NCBI GenBank assembly: GCA_963823655.1
Contig: CAWGMK010000006.1
Coordinates: 320,001 to 384,000 of the forward strand
Direction of reading: 5' to 3'
Source: an uncultured Bacillota bacterium
GTDB lineage: Bacteria > Bacillota > DTU025 > MWDF01
Length of the DNA: 64,000 nt
Positions 52,823 to 62,662 of this stretch are shown here, piece after piece; position 1 is the first letter of the stretch, and each line of letters starts with the position of its first letter. Under the pieces are notes generated by a model. It saw only the letters and a program-made list of their open reading frames with translations. It ran no database searches and was not told the DNA's origin. The position numbers and the translations under genes were made by a program.

Positions 52823-54318
52823 TGCAAGACGCGCGCACGACGCCTTGGATTGCACTCGGCGCTGCTGTCGCCCTGGGGGTGGCCGGCGGCCTGATCGGCG
52901 CAAGCGGCCGCCCCGAGGTGACCGCGATCGTACTGGGCCTGGTCGTCGCAGCGCTGGTCGTTTCCTCGCGCGGGGCGTTGTTCTGGTTCGTCGTGATCGG
53001 TGCGCTTGTCGTCACGGGTGTCGCGCAGCTGTACCTGCCCGGGTCGCGCCTGTTGCGATACGTCGTGCCCGCGGCGTCACTGGGATTCCTGCTGCACTGG
53101 CTGGGCGATGCGCTCGCGCACAAGGGCGAGACAACCTGGTTGCCGCCGCCGTTGGTCTGGGCGGGGGGATTGCTGGCGGTGGCGATCGTTTCGACTTTCA
53201 TCAATCTCGTGGAGCCGGCGGTTGCGCTGGTCGGGCTCAAGAACTACTTCCAGATGTGGGTCTTTTTCCTCGCGCTTGTTTTCCTGCGCTGGAGCACCCG
53301 CCTGCCGCGGCGCCTGTATGTGGGCCTGCTGCTGATCGGACTGTTGCAACTGCCTTTCGCGGCGCACGAGTACTTCGTGTTGGCGCCAAGGCTGGTCGGC
53401 CTGGGTGGCGGCATCGTCCCGGCCGACATCGTGGCGGGCACGTTCGGTGCGCTCCCTAACGGCGGCGGAGCGAACGCGGTGCTTGCCGCTTTCCAGGTCA
53501 TTCTTGCGGGTCTCCTGCTTGCGATGTGGAAACACGGCCGCCTGTCGGCCTTCACCGCGGTGGCGCTGGCGCTGTTGCTGCTCACTCCGTTGCTGGTGAA
53601 CCAGGCGAAGATCGTGGTGTTGTATCTGCTGCTGATGTTCGTGGTGGTGTTCCGTCGCGACATACTGCGACACCCGGGCAAGTTCTTCGCGGCGGCTATG
53701 GGGCTCGCAGGGCTCGTGGCGATCTTCATGACCGCCCTGATGCTGACGCACCCGTCAGGCCGACTCTCGAGCTGGGGCGAAGTGGTCGGAACGGTCATTG
53801 CGCGCCAGACCGCTTCCATCGACGAGCGACGCGGGCAGTACGCCGAGCTCAGTCGACTGTCTGCGATCACGTTCTGGGCACAGGAGCATGTGCGCGCCAA
53901 CCCCGTGCAGACGCTGCTCGGTCACGGGCCCGGCGCATCGCGCGAACCCGAAGGCGGCGTCGGCGTCACCGGCACGCTCGCGCAGCGCCAGTACCGCGGC
54001 TTGCGCATCGGGTACACCGCGATTTCGGCCGTGCTGTGGGAAGTCGGTATCGTGGGATTGGTCACCGTGATGGGCATGTTCTTCTCGGCCTTCGCGACCG
54101 CCGGACGACTCGCACGACACTACCGTGACAGCAACGCCTTCAAGTCCGCGCTCTTCGACGGCCTGCAGGCAGCCATCGCCGTGCTCACGTTGAGCCTCGC
54201 GCACAAAGACTTCTTCGTCGTCCATCTCCCGTACCAGGCGCTGGTGTACCTGGTGATCGGCTACGTCGCCCATGCCTGGCTCCAGCTCAAGCGGGAGGAG
54301 GCGGCGTCGCATGCGTAA
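52822..54318 (+). CDS. Polytopic membrane protein, probable Wzy polymerase
   Basis: More than ten hydrophobic segments, a large loop with SRL and LLGHGPG motifs; located in the EPS operon. Confidence 0.7.
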   Translation: MQDARTTPWIALGAAVALGVAGGLIGASGRPEVTAIVLGLVVAALVVSSRGALFWFVVIGALVVTGVAQLYLPGSRLLRYVVPAASLGFLLHWLGDALAHKGETTWLPPPLVWAGGLLAVAIVSTFINLVEPAVALVGLKNYFQMWVFFLALVFLRWSTRLPRRLYVGLLLIGLLQLPFAAHEYFVLAPRLVGLGGGIVPADIVAGTFGALPNGGGANAVLAAFQVILAGLLLAMWKHGRLSAFTAVALALLLLTPLLVNQAKIVVLYLLLMFVVVFRRDILRHPGKFFAAAMGLAGLVAIFMTALMLTHPSGRLSSWGEVVGTVIARQTASIDERRGQYAELSRLSAITFWAQEHVRANPVQTLLGHGPGASREPEGGVGVTGTLAQRQYRGLRIGYTAISAVLWEVGIVGLVTVMGMFFSAFATAGRLARHYRDSNAFKSALFDGLQAAIAVLTLSLAHKDFFVVHLPYQALVYLVIGYVAHAWLQLKREEAASHA

Positions 54319-55832
54319 CGAGGTCTACAGCATCGGTCGCTTTCGCACGGCGCTGCTGCAGCTGGTCTGTGGCCGCATGGCACAGGCGGGTGCGCGCATG
54401 GTGCTCGTGCTCGCCCTGGTACGTGTGCTCACGATCGAGGAATTTGGCGCCTACATGCTGATCGTAGGCACGGCCGAGCTACTGTTGCAGGTGGGCTCGT
54501 GCGGCATCCTGCCGCTGGCGCAGCGCTATATTCCACAGCTCCTGCCCGTGATGCCGACGCGCAAGATGCAGCGCTTCATCGTGGGGCTCGTGGTCATGCA
54601 GGTGACTGTGCTGGCGCTCGCGGCGCTGCTCATCGGGCATTACTGGGCCGCGCTGACCCCACTGTTCGGCATGAGCGAAGCGCAAGTGGCAGCGACGAGT
54701 TTCGCGGCCTGGTTGTTCCTGGTCGTGCCGGTATTTCGCTTTTCCGCGGAATTGATGGAGACGATGCTGGGTTTCGGGCAGGCCGCCCGTGCCTTCATGG
54801 TGTTCGTGCGGGCGGGCACCGTGCTGGTCCTGATCGTCGTCAAGCCGAAGGTGGAGCTGACCGACGTGCTGCTCGCCGACCTGGTAGTCACGTCGATCTG
54901 CGCGCTGGCGCTGCTGATCCGGATCCATCGCAACGTCGCGCGACTCGCCAGCACCGCCGGCAGCGGCGAATTCCCGGTCACCGAGATGGCGCGCTTCACG
55001 CGTCACATGGCGCTCGTTGGCCTGCTGGGCGGCACGTCCAATCCTGGCGCCCTGCGGCTGGTGCTGGCCAACGGCATCGGGTTGGCGGAATCGGGACTGT
55101 TCGCATTCCTGCAAAGCCTGGAACGCCTGGTGAGTCGCTACCTGCCCGCCACGCTGCTTGCGCAACCTGATCCGTCCGGTGCTGATTTCGCGGTACATCG
55201 GGCACGGCAACACCGATCTGCTCAAGGCCGGCACCGGCCTGCTGCTCAAGAGCAATCTCCTTGCCGTGATGGGTGGCATCGTCGTAATCGCGGTATGCGG
55301 CGACGAGATCGTGCGCATCCTGAGCGGCGGCAAGTTCGTCGGCGCGGGCCTGACGCTGCTGCTGCTGTACGTGAACATGATCGCCACTTCGCAGCGCGGG
55401 GTGCAGGAGATGGTCATGCAGATCACGGGACAGACGCGCGCCCTGTGGTTGACCACCCTCGTGAGCCCGGTGGCGCTGTTGCTGGTGTGGCTCGTGTCGG
55501 GACATGGACTCAATTTCGCCGTCCTCGTCATCACGGCGGGCAGCCTCCTTTCGAACTCACTGGCCACGGGCGTGCTGCAGGCACGCACCGACTGGTTCCG
55601 GGTCGACTGGCGAGGCGTCCTGGCCATCGGCGTGGCCGGTGCACTGGCTGCAGGGCTCGGCATCGCGGCCCGGACCGAAATTCCAGCACTGATCGCAGGA
55701 GCGCTCGCGTTCGGCGCGTTCATCCTGTTCGTGCGCATCGGGCGGCCTTTCAGCGCGTGCGAGATCGGTGCGGTCGAGCGCGTGGTCGGCAAGCGTGCGA
55801 TGACCCTGTTGCGAGGCTTTGCGGTCGGATGA
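54311..55832 (+). CDS. Wzx-type flippase, frameshift near 55158
   Basis: R.L..EEFGAY N-terminal motif; many TMs; second half is ORF 55158-55832. Confidence 0.78.
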
Positions 55833-56944
55833 AAGACTCCAGCACCACCAAGGTCCTGCACCTGATCAACGGCGAGTTTTATGCCGGGGCGGAGCGTGTG
55901 CAGGACCTGCTCGCGCTGCGGCTCGGCAGCTTCGGCTTCGACGTCGAATTCGCGTGCCTCAAGGAAGGCATCTTTGCGCAGAAGCGCCTTGCGCAGGAGG
56001 CCACGGTGCACGAGGCGACCATGGGTTCGCGTGCAGACCTGCGGCTGTGCTCGCAGCTCGGCCGCCTGGTGCGCACCGGGGCCGTCAAGGTGATTCACAC
56101 CCACACCCCGCGCACGGCGCTGCTGGGGGGCATCGTCGCGAGGCGAACGGGCGTACCCATGGTGCATCACGTGCACAGCCCGACCGGCAAGGACACGGAA
56201 AGCGGCATGCGCAACGTCCGCAACAGCCTGGTAGAGCGCTTGAGCCTCTACGGCGCGCAGCGGCTGATCGCAGTGTCCGGCAGCCTCGAACAGAACCTGC
56301 TGGCTCGCGGATATCGGCCGGGGCGAGTGCGTCGGGTCGCCAATGGCGTGCCAGTCGGGGAGCGGTTGCGGCGCGCGTTCACGGTCGGTGGACCGCTCAC
56401 GCTCGGCATGGTGGCGCTGTTCCGGCCGCGCAAGGGGGTCGAGGTCCTGCTCGACGCGATGGCGCTGCTGCGACGCGCGGACGTGGATGTGCGCCTGCAC
56501 GCGGTCGGGCCATTCGAGTCCACAGCGTACGAAGACTCCGTCAAGCAACGGGTCGCCAGGCTCGGTCTTGCCGAGCAGATCGTCTGGACCGGGTTTCGCT
56601 CCGACATCGCTGCCGAATTCAGTCACATGCATGTCTTCGTCCTGCCGAGCCTGTTCGGCGAGGGCATGCCTATGGTGGTGCTGGAGGCCATGGCGGCCGG
56701 GCTGCCCGTCGTCAGCACGAACGTGGAGGGCATTCCCGAAGTTGTCCGTGACGGCCGTGACGGCATCGTGGTCGATGCAGCGGATGCACAGGCCCTGGCG
56801 GACGCCATCGCGCGGTTTGCGCGGGGGGACGCAAGCGCATCCGAAATGGGCGACAGCGGCTGGCACCGGCAAAGGGAGAGTTTCTCCGACATTGCGATGG
56901 CGGCCAGTGTTGCCACCATTTACCAGGAGGTCCTGAACTCGTGA
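55829..56944 (+). CDS. GT4 family glycosyltransferase
   Basis: GAERV, IHTH, RKG, EGMPMVVLEAMAAGLPVV (EX7E) motifs. Confidence 0.92.
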   Translation: MKDSSTTKVLHLINGEFYAGAERVQDLLALRLGSFGFDVEFACLKEGIFAQKRLAQEATVHEATMGSRADLRLCSQLGRLVRTGAVKVIHTHTPRTALLGGIVARRTGVPMVHHVHSPTGKDTESGMRNVRNSLVERLSLYGAQRLIAVSGSLEQNLLARGYRPGRVRRVANGVPVGERLRRAFTVGGPLTLGMVALFRPRKGVEVLLDAMALLRRADVDVRLHAVGPFESTAYEDSVKQRVARLGLAEQIVWTGFRSDIAAEFSHMHVFVLPSLFGEGMPMVVLEAMAAGLPVVSTNVEGIPEVVRDGRDGIVVDAADAQALADAIARFARGDASASEMGDSGWHRQRESFSDIAMAASVATIYQEVLNS

Positions 56945-57945
56945 TGCCCATTCGCAACTGGTACGAGCCCGTGTTCGTCGTCGGCATGAACGGCTCCGGC
57001 ACGACCATGCTGCTCGACTGCCTCGGCCGTCATCCGCAGTTGTTCGCGTTTCCGCGCGAGACGCGACTGATTCCTTACCTGATGGCGCGCGAAGCGAGTT
57101 ACGGCGACCTCGACGTGGACGAGAGCTTCCTGCGTCTCTGGAACGACGTGCGCAACCTCGCGGTCTTCCGCGAGGCCAACGGCAATGTCGCTGTGCCCCT
57201 GCCCGCGGACTGGCGCAGCTACCCGCGTCGGTTGGCAGCGGTGCTCGACGCCGTCTTCCGCCATTTCGCCGCGGCACAGGGCAAGCAGCGCTGGTGCGAG
57301 AAAACGCCCCAGCATGTGCAGCACCTGCAGGCGCTGGCGGCGAACTTTCCGGGTGCGCGCTTCGTGCATGTCATCCGCGACGGGCGCGATTGCGCCGTGT
57401 CGTTCAACCGGCGCTGGAAGCGGCAGCCCGAGCTCACGGTCTTTCGCTGGAAAAAAGTCGTGACGATGGGTCGCGAGCAGGGACGCCGGCTCGGCGCCCA
57501 TCGCTACCTCGAAGTTCGCTATGAAGACCTGACCGCGGCCCCAGAGCAGTCGCTGCGCCGCATCTGTCACTTCATCGGACTGCCGTTCGACCCCGCCGTG
57601 CTCGATTCGGCCCAGCCCTACCTGCAATCCAAGGCGCACAACCCGCAACGCGGCCTGCAACGCAACTCGGGCAAATGGCGCACGTACTTCTCGCCGCAGT
57701 CGCTCGATTCGCTCGAGCGCATCGCGGGCCGCACGCTCGCGAGCTGCGGCTACGACACGCGCTTTCCGGACGCCGACACGGACCTTGCGGCCTGGCGCCG
57801 CAAATACTGGGCTGCCCGTGAGACCCTCCGCGAGTACTCGCGCGAGATCTGGCGCAAGGCGACGGGCGAACTGGAGCGGCCCTGGCGCGTGATCCTGGTC
57901 AAGCCCGTCAATGCGCTGCGACATCGCCAGCACAACGTGTACTGA
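56941..57945 (+). CDS. Sulfotransferase 5
   Basis: GMNGSGTT, WCEKTP, HVIRDGRDCAVS, RYEDL. Confidence 0.88.
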   Translation: MMPIRNWYEPVFVVGMNGSGTTMLLDCLGRHPQLFAFPRETRLIPYLMAREASYGDLDVDESFLRLWNDVRNLAVFREANGNVAVPLPADWRSYPRRLAAVLDAVFRHFAAAQGKQRWCEKTPQHVQHLQALAANFPGARFVHVIRDGRDCAVSFNRRWKRQPELTVFRWKKVVTMGREQGRRLGAHRYLEVRYEDLTAAPEQSLRRICHFIGLPFDPAVLDSAQPYLQSKAHNPQRGLQRNSGKWRTYFSPQSLDSLERIAGRTLASCGYDTRFPDADTDLAAWRRKYWAARETLREYSREIWRKATGELERPWRVILVKPVNALRHRQHNVY

Positions 57946-58976
57946 TGCCTCGCGTCTCGATCATCATCAAGGCGCTCAACGAGGAGCGGCACATCGGCGC
58001 CGCGCTGCGTTCTGCACTGGACGCAGCTGCAAGGGTGGACGGCGAGGTGATCCTCGCGGACAGCGGCTCCACCGACCGCACCGTCGAGATTGCCCGGGCC
58101 ATGCCGGTCGTCGTGCTGCAACTATCGAACGCGGCCGAACGACGCTGCGGCGTTGGCCCACAGCTCGGTTACCAGGTAGCGCGCGGCGAATACGTCTACG
58201 TGCTGGACGGCGACATGGAGCTCGACCCGGATTTCCTGCCCGCGGCGCTGGCAACGCTCGAGTCGCAGCCGCGTCTCGCCGGCGTGGCGGGGCTCGTGGA
58301 AGAGGAGAGCGACGCGAGCTACCAGTTTCGCGGGCGCAAGCGGCGCGGAGCGGAACGGCGGGCGCGAACCTGCGAATGGCTGGACATGGGCGGCCTCTAT
58401 CGGGTCACGGCTCTGCGCGAAGTGGGTTACCTCTCGAATCGCAACCTGCACGCCTACGAGGAAATGGAACTGGGTTTGCGTCTGACGAGCGCGGGGTGGT
58501 CGCTGCGACGCCTGGAAGTGCGAGGGGTGCTGCATCATGGTCGCACGGAGGGTACCTGGAAGCTGCTGCTGCGGCGCTGGCGTACCCGCTACCTGGATGG
58601 AGCCGGCGAGCTGTTGCGCGCTGCACGCGGCAAGCCGTTTCTCGGCCGCGTGGTGCGCTCGCAGGCACACCTGTTCGTGGCATCGTTGCTATGGCTCGGT
58701 CTGCTTGGCGGGATCGCGCTCTGGCCGGTCACGCATTGGCCGCTTACCGCCTGCCTCACCGCCCTGGCGGCACTGATCGCGATCCGTGCGCTGCGTGCGG
58801 GCAGTCTCGTGGATGCGATCTTCGGGCAGGTCGTGTGGCAGGTGACCGCGCTAGCGATGGTCCGGGGCTACCTGGCGCCGCAGCGCAACCCCCGGGCAGG
58901 CATCGACTTCCGCGTGTTGGCGAACGCCTGTCCGCCTCGCACGGACACGATGCGTGCACCGCCGGCTTCGGTGTAG
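57945..58976 (+). CDS. GT2 family glycosyltransferase with C-terminal TMs
   Basis: SIII.ALNEE, DSGSTDRT, LDGD (DxD), EE.ELG.RL. Confidence 0.88.
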   Translation: MPRVSIIIKALNEERHIGAALRSALDAAARVDGEVILADSGSTDRTVEIARAMPVVVLQLSNAAERRCGVGPQLGYQVARGEYVYVLDGDMELDPDFLPAALATLESQPRLAGVAGLVEEESDASYQFRGRKRRGAERRARTCEWLDMGGLYRVTALREVGYLSNRNLHAYEEMELGLRLTSAGWSLRRLEVRGVLHHGRTEGTWKLLLRRWRTRYLDGAGELLRAARGKPFLGRVVRSQAHLFVASLLWLGLLGGIALWPVTHWPLTACLTALAALIAIRALRAGSLVDAIFGQVVWQVTALAMVRGYLAPQRNPRAGIDFRVLANACPPRTDTMRAPPASV

Positions 58977-59096
58977 GCCGGTTTGAATGCCATGCGGGGG
59001 CCAACGGTCACTGTTCGAAACGCACGCAGCCAAGGATCATTTTTTCACAGGCAATTTGCATCCGTTTGACACGCAGCTCACAGGGAAGTCAGCGCA

Positions 59097-61529
59097 ATGA
59101 AACTCACCTACGGGAGCGGCTCGCTCGAGCGAGTCCGCGCATTCCTTCGCCGGGACCGACGCACGCAGGCGGCTGCAGCGATGGCCACGGCCCTCGCGAT
59201 CGCTGCCATGGCCGCACCAATGGCGTCCGCCCAGATGGCATTCACCGATGTTTCCGGCGCGGCAGGCGTCGGCTTCCGGGGTGAGAGCTACGGCGCCTCA
59301 TGGGGCGACCTGAACGGCGATGGCTACCTCGATTTGTTCGCAAGCAATCACCGCTCGCGCCCGAGCCTGTTCCTGAACATGCGCAACGGCACGTTCGTCG
59401 ACACGGCCACCCAGGTGCTGACCTGGCGCAATCGCCAGTACGCCGACACGCACGGCGCCAGCTGGGCGGACTACGACAATGACGGCGACATGGACCTGGT
59501 CGTGAGCACGGGCACGGGCAACCTGACCCACTTCCTGCGCAATGAAAACCAGCGGCTGGTCGATAGGACGCTTGGCATCGGCCTCACCGCGACCAACATC
59601 GGCGGCCGGCTGCCTGTCTGGCTCGACTTCAACGGCGACAAGCGCTCCGACTTTGTCATGACGCAGTACGGCGGTATCGCGCGGCTGTTCCGACAGGAGG
59701 CCGGCGGCACGTTCACCGAGATAACGAACACGGCCAAGTTTCTTTGCGTGCGTTTCCATTACGCCCACCTGCTCGACGTCAACAATGACGGCCGACTCGA
59801 TTTCCTGTGTCCCAGCGAGGCCACGTATCCCCAGGCGATCTTCGATACGGAGCCGATGCCATGGGCCAAGATCTACGACGGTGCGGCGCCGAACGGGCTG
59901 TTTCCCAAGGTCGAGAAAGTTGTCGACTCGATCGTCGCCGACTTCGACAACAATGGCAGGCCGGACGTGTTCCTGCTGAGCGGCACGCAGTTGCGGCCCT
60001 CCACCGTCGCGCAGAGCACGTCCACCCACCTCGAGGCGCAGCTCACCGGCGGCACGAAGGGTTTCAAGATGGTTACGCCGGGCGTGCTGAAGGTCACCCT
60101 CGACTTGAACCGTGAAAATGAGTCGGGTGACGTCGATCTCAAGCGCATCCGCATCGGGGCCGGCGGTCGCAGCCCGCAGAACATGCCTTTTACGCTCGAC
60201 CCGTCCGACCCGAGCGTGGTGGGCCTGCCGCCGCCTCCGACCCAGCAATGGGAATTGCCCCTGATGTACGTGGGTTTCGATCCTGCAACCAAGCGCTGGA
60301 CGATGTTCGTGCAGACCAAGCTCACGCCGACCAGCCCCAACGTGTTCAGCGAGGCCTATCTGCAAGTGGATTCGTCGAGCGCGATCACCGACGTGGTGGC
60401 TACCGGCCTGTGGCCGACCGACAAGGCGGCGCGCCCGACGCTGTTGATGAACTACTCTGGCGGCTGGGCAAACCAGACGGCGGCGGCGGGTCTCGACGAA
60501 CTGATCCAGTGCGTCAGCGCGACGGCGGGTGACTACGACAACGACACGGACATTGACCTGTACGTGGCGTGCCGCACCGGTGCGAGCAACCTGCCGAACA
60601 TCCTGTACCAGAACCAGGGCAACGGCACGTTCGTGAAGGTGGCGAATGCCGGTGGTGCAGCAGGCCCCGTCGGCATTGCGGTGGCGAGTGGCGCCGGTAC
60701 GGCGGACTCTGCCGTGACAGGCGACTACAACGCCGACGGCTTCCTCGACCTGTTCGTCACCAACGGGTTCAACCTGAGGCCGGTGCGCGTCGGTGGGCCG
60801 AGCAAGCTGTTCCGCAATAACGGCAACGGCAACAATTGGATCCAGCTCGACCTGGTCGGGACGAATTCCGATCGCGATGCGGTCGGTGCGCGTGTGTATG
60901 CAACTGCAGCCGGCAAGACACAGTTGCGGGTGCAGGACGGCGCGTACCATCGTTGGTCGCAAGACCAGCGCAGGGCGCATTTCGGCCTGGCCGGTGCGAC
61001 GACCGTGGATCTCCGCGTCGAATGGCCAAGTGGCACGGTGAATTACTTCAATGACGTGGCGGCCAATGCGATTTATCGCGTGGTCGAAGGCGGCACGATC
61101 TTCAAGGCCGCGGTCGGCAGCGCGCCTGCCTATCAGTGTGGTCCGCCGAAGTTTGATTCGACGAAGGACCGCGGCGTCTTCATCTGGCGCGACTGCCCGT
61201 CGGGCGAGTGGCGCATGCGGACGATGTCGGCGGGCGCGCAGATCAATTACCGCGGCAAGTTCACGTCGGGCACGAGCTACGGGAAAGTCACGGGGACGGG
61301 GCTGGAGAGCGGCGAGGATTCGTTCAACGTTGCGTCCAACCAGATCACCTACAACTTCGTGACCAAGTGGTCGAACCAGGACGGCTTGAACTTCATCCCG
61401 CAGGACGGAGCCAGTGCGTGCATGCAGGTCGACGCGCCGGCGGACGCCCAGGTTTTCTACGGTCCGTTCCGCGTGCCAATGGCGGAGCCGTTCAACCTCG
61501 ACAGCCGGCAACCGTGCGCACGGCAGTGA
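59097..61529 (+). CDS. CRTAC1-like FG-GAP beta-propeller + ASPIC/UnbV protein with extra domains
   Basis: Repeated GD.NGDG.LDL / ADYDNDGD.DL motifs; N.W....L.G..S.RDAVGARV...Q....HFGL...VEWPSG ASPIC/UnbV motif; signal peptide (start may be ATG 59181). Confidence 0.85.
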   Translation: MKLTYGSGSLERVRAFLRRDRRTQAAAAMATALAIAAMAAPMASAQMAFTDVSGAAGVGFRGESYGASWGDLNGDGYLDLFASNHRSRPSLFLNMRNGTFVDTATQVLTWRNRQYADTHGASWADYDNDGDMDLVVSTGTGNLTHFLRNENQRLVDRTLGIGLTATNIGGRLPVWLDFNGDKRSDFVMTQYGGIARLFRQEAGGTFTEITNTAKFLCVRFHYAHLLDVNNDGRLDFLCPSEATYPQAIFDTEPMPWAKIYDGAAPNGLFPKVEKVVDSIVADFDNNGRPDVFLLSGTQLRPSTVAQSTSTHLEAQLTGGTKGFKMVTPGVLKVTLDLNRENESGDVDLKRIRIGAGGRSPQNMPFTLDPSDPSVVGLPPPPTQQWELPLMYVGFDPATKRWTMFVQTKLTPTSPNVFSEAYLQVDSSSAITDVVATGLWPTDKAARPTLLMNYSGGWANQTAAAGLDELIQCVSATAGDYDNDTDIDLYVACRTGASNLPNILYQNQGNGTFVKVANAGGAAGPVGIAVASGAGTADSAVTGDYNADGFLDLFVTNGFNLRPVRVGGPSKLFRNNGNGNNWIQLDLVGTNSDRDAVGARVYATAAGKTQLRVQDGAYHRWSQDQRRAHFGLAGATTVDLRVEWPSGTVNYFNDVAANAIYRVVEGGTIFKAAVGSAPAYQCGPPKFDSTKDRGVFIWRDCPSGEWRMRTMSAGAQINYRGKFTSGTSYGKVTGTGLESGEDSFNVASNQITYNFVTKWSNQDGLNFIPQDGASACMQVDAPADAQVFYGPFRVPMAEPFNLDSRQPCARQ

Positions 61530-61557
61530 CGATTCGCGTTCGCTGCGGCGCATGAGG

Positions 61558-61582
61558 AAACGGCCCCGAGAGGGGCCGTTTT
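61558..61582. terminator. Terminator hairpin between convergent genes
   Basis: AAACGGCCCC-GAGA-GGGGCCGTTTT. Confidence 0.8.
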
Positions 61583-61601
61583 CTTGTCACCGGCTCGGCT
61601 C

Positions 61602-62600
61602 TCAGCGACGTTCGCGGCGACCCGTGCCACCACGCACTGCGTGGCCGCCCTTGGCTCCGGGGGCCTGCAAGGGCCCAAGTTCGGCGATGACTGCCGCTTC
61701 GTCCGGGCGCGCTCCGTGATGGTGATGCCCCAGGGCCTGGTGCATCGCAGATAAGTGCGTGAACGTCGTACCGCAGCACCCGCCGATGATGCGGGCGCCC
61801 GAATCGGCCGCGAGGGCGACGTAACTTGCCATCAACTCCGGCGTGCCCGAGTAATGGATCTCTGCGCCGATGAACTGCGGCACGCCGGCGTTGGCCTTGG
61901 CGATGATGGGAATGCCGGCTTCTTTGGCGGTCATGCCGAGGACCGACATGACCAGGTCGGAGGCGCCGACGCCGCAGTTGGCACCGATGGCCAGCGGCGG
62001 CGGGCTCAGGCTCTGCGCGAACTCGACCAAGGCCGCCGGGGTGATCCCCATCATCGTGCGGCCGGCGGTGTCGAAGCTCGCCGTGAACGTGTAGGGGATG
62101 CCGACGTTGGCGGCCGCGATCGCCGCTGCGCGGATTTCTTCGAGTGAAGACATCGTCTCGATCCACGCAACGTGCGCGCCGCCTTCCTTCAGGCCGCGCA
62201 TCTGTTCTTCGAACACCTCGATGGCCATCGACTCGGTGAGTACACCCAGCGGTTCGAACAGGTCGCCCGTCGGGCCTACCGATCCTGCGACGACGACCGG
62301 GCGCCCAGCCTTGTCGGCCACGGCGCGGGCGTGCTGCGCGGCGAGACGGTTGATCTCGCGCACCCTGTCCTGCATGCCATGCAGCATGAGGCGGCGCGCG
62401 TTGCCACCGAAACTGTTGGTCAGGATGATGTCGGAACCAGCGTCGACGAAGCCCTGGTGCAGCGCGCGGATGCGGTCCGGGTGTTCGATGTTCCACATCT
62501 CGGGCGCATCGCCGGAGGTGAGTCCCATAGCGAACAGGTTGGTGCCGGTGGCGCCATCGGCGAGCAGCGTGCGGCCGGATGCAAGCAAGGATTCGAGCAT
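61602..62600 (-). CDS. Stand-alone homocysteine S-methyltransferase domain protein (betaine-homocysteine methyltransferase type)
   Basis: LADGATGT, TNSFG, GSVGPTG, IETM, GANCG and IGGCCG Zn-ligand motifs. Confidence 0.88.
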   Translation of the reverse strand: MLESLLASGRTLLADGATGTNLFAMGLTSGDAPEMWNIEHPDRIRALHQGFVDAGSDIILTNSFGGNARRLMLHGMQDRVREINRLAAQHARAVADKAGRPVVVAGSVGPTGDLFEPLGVLTESMAIEVFEEQMRGLKEGGAHVAWIETMSSLEEIRAAAIAAANVGIPYTFTASFDTAGRTMMGITPAALVEFAQSLSPPPLAIGANCGVGASDLVMSVLGMTAKEAGIPIIAKANAGVPQFIGAEIHYSGTPELMASYVALAADSGARIIGGCCGTTFTHLSAMHQALGHHHHGARPDEAAVIAELGPLQAPGAKGGHAVRGGTGRRERR

Positions 62601-62662
62601 GAATGTCCAGGCGGTAGCGTAAACCCTGATTTTAGCCGCGCACGCCCCGCGGCGCATGGCAA

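Noticed and set aside
54272-56944. 890-aa flippase-GT4 fusion ORF
   Set aside because: A frameshift near 55158 moves the flippase into another frame. The intervening translation is low-complexity junk, and GT4 has its own ATG overlapping the flippase stop.
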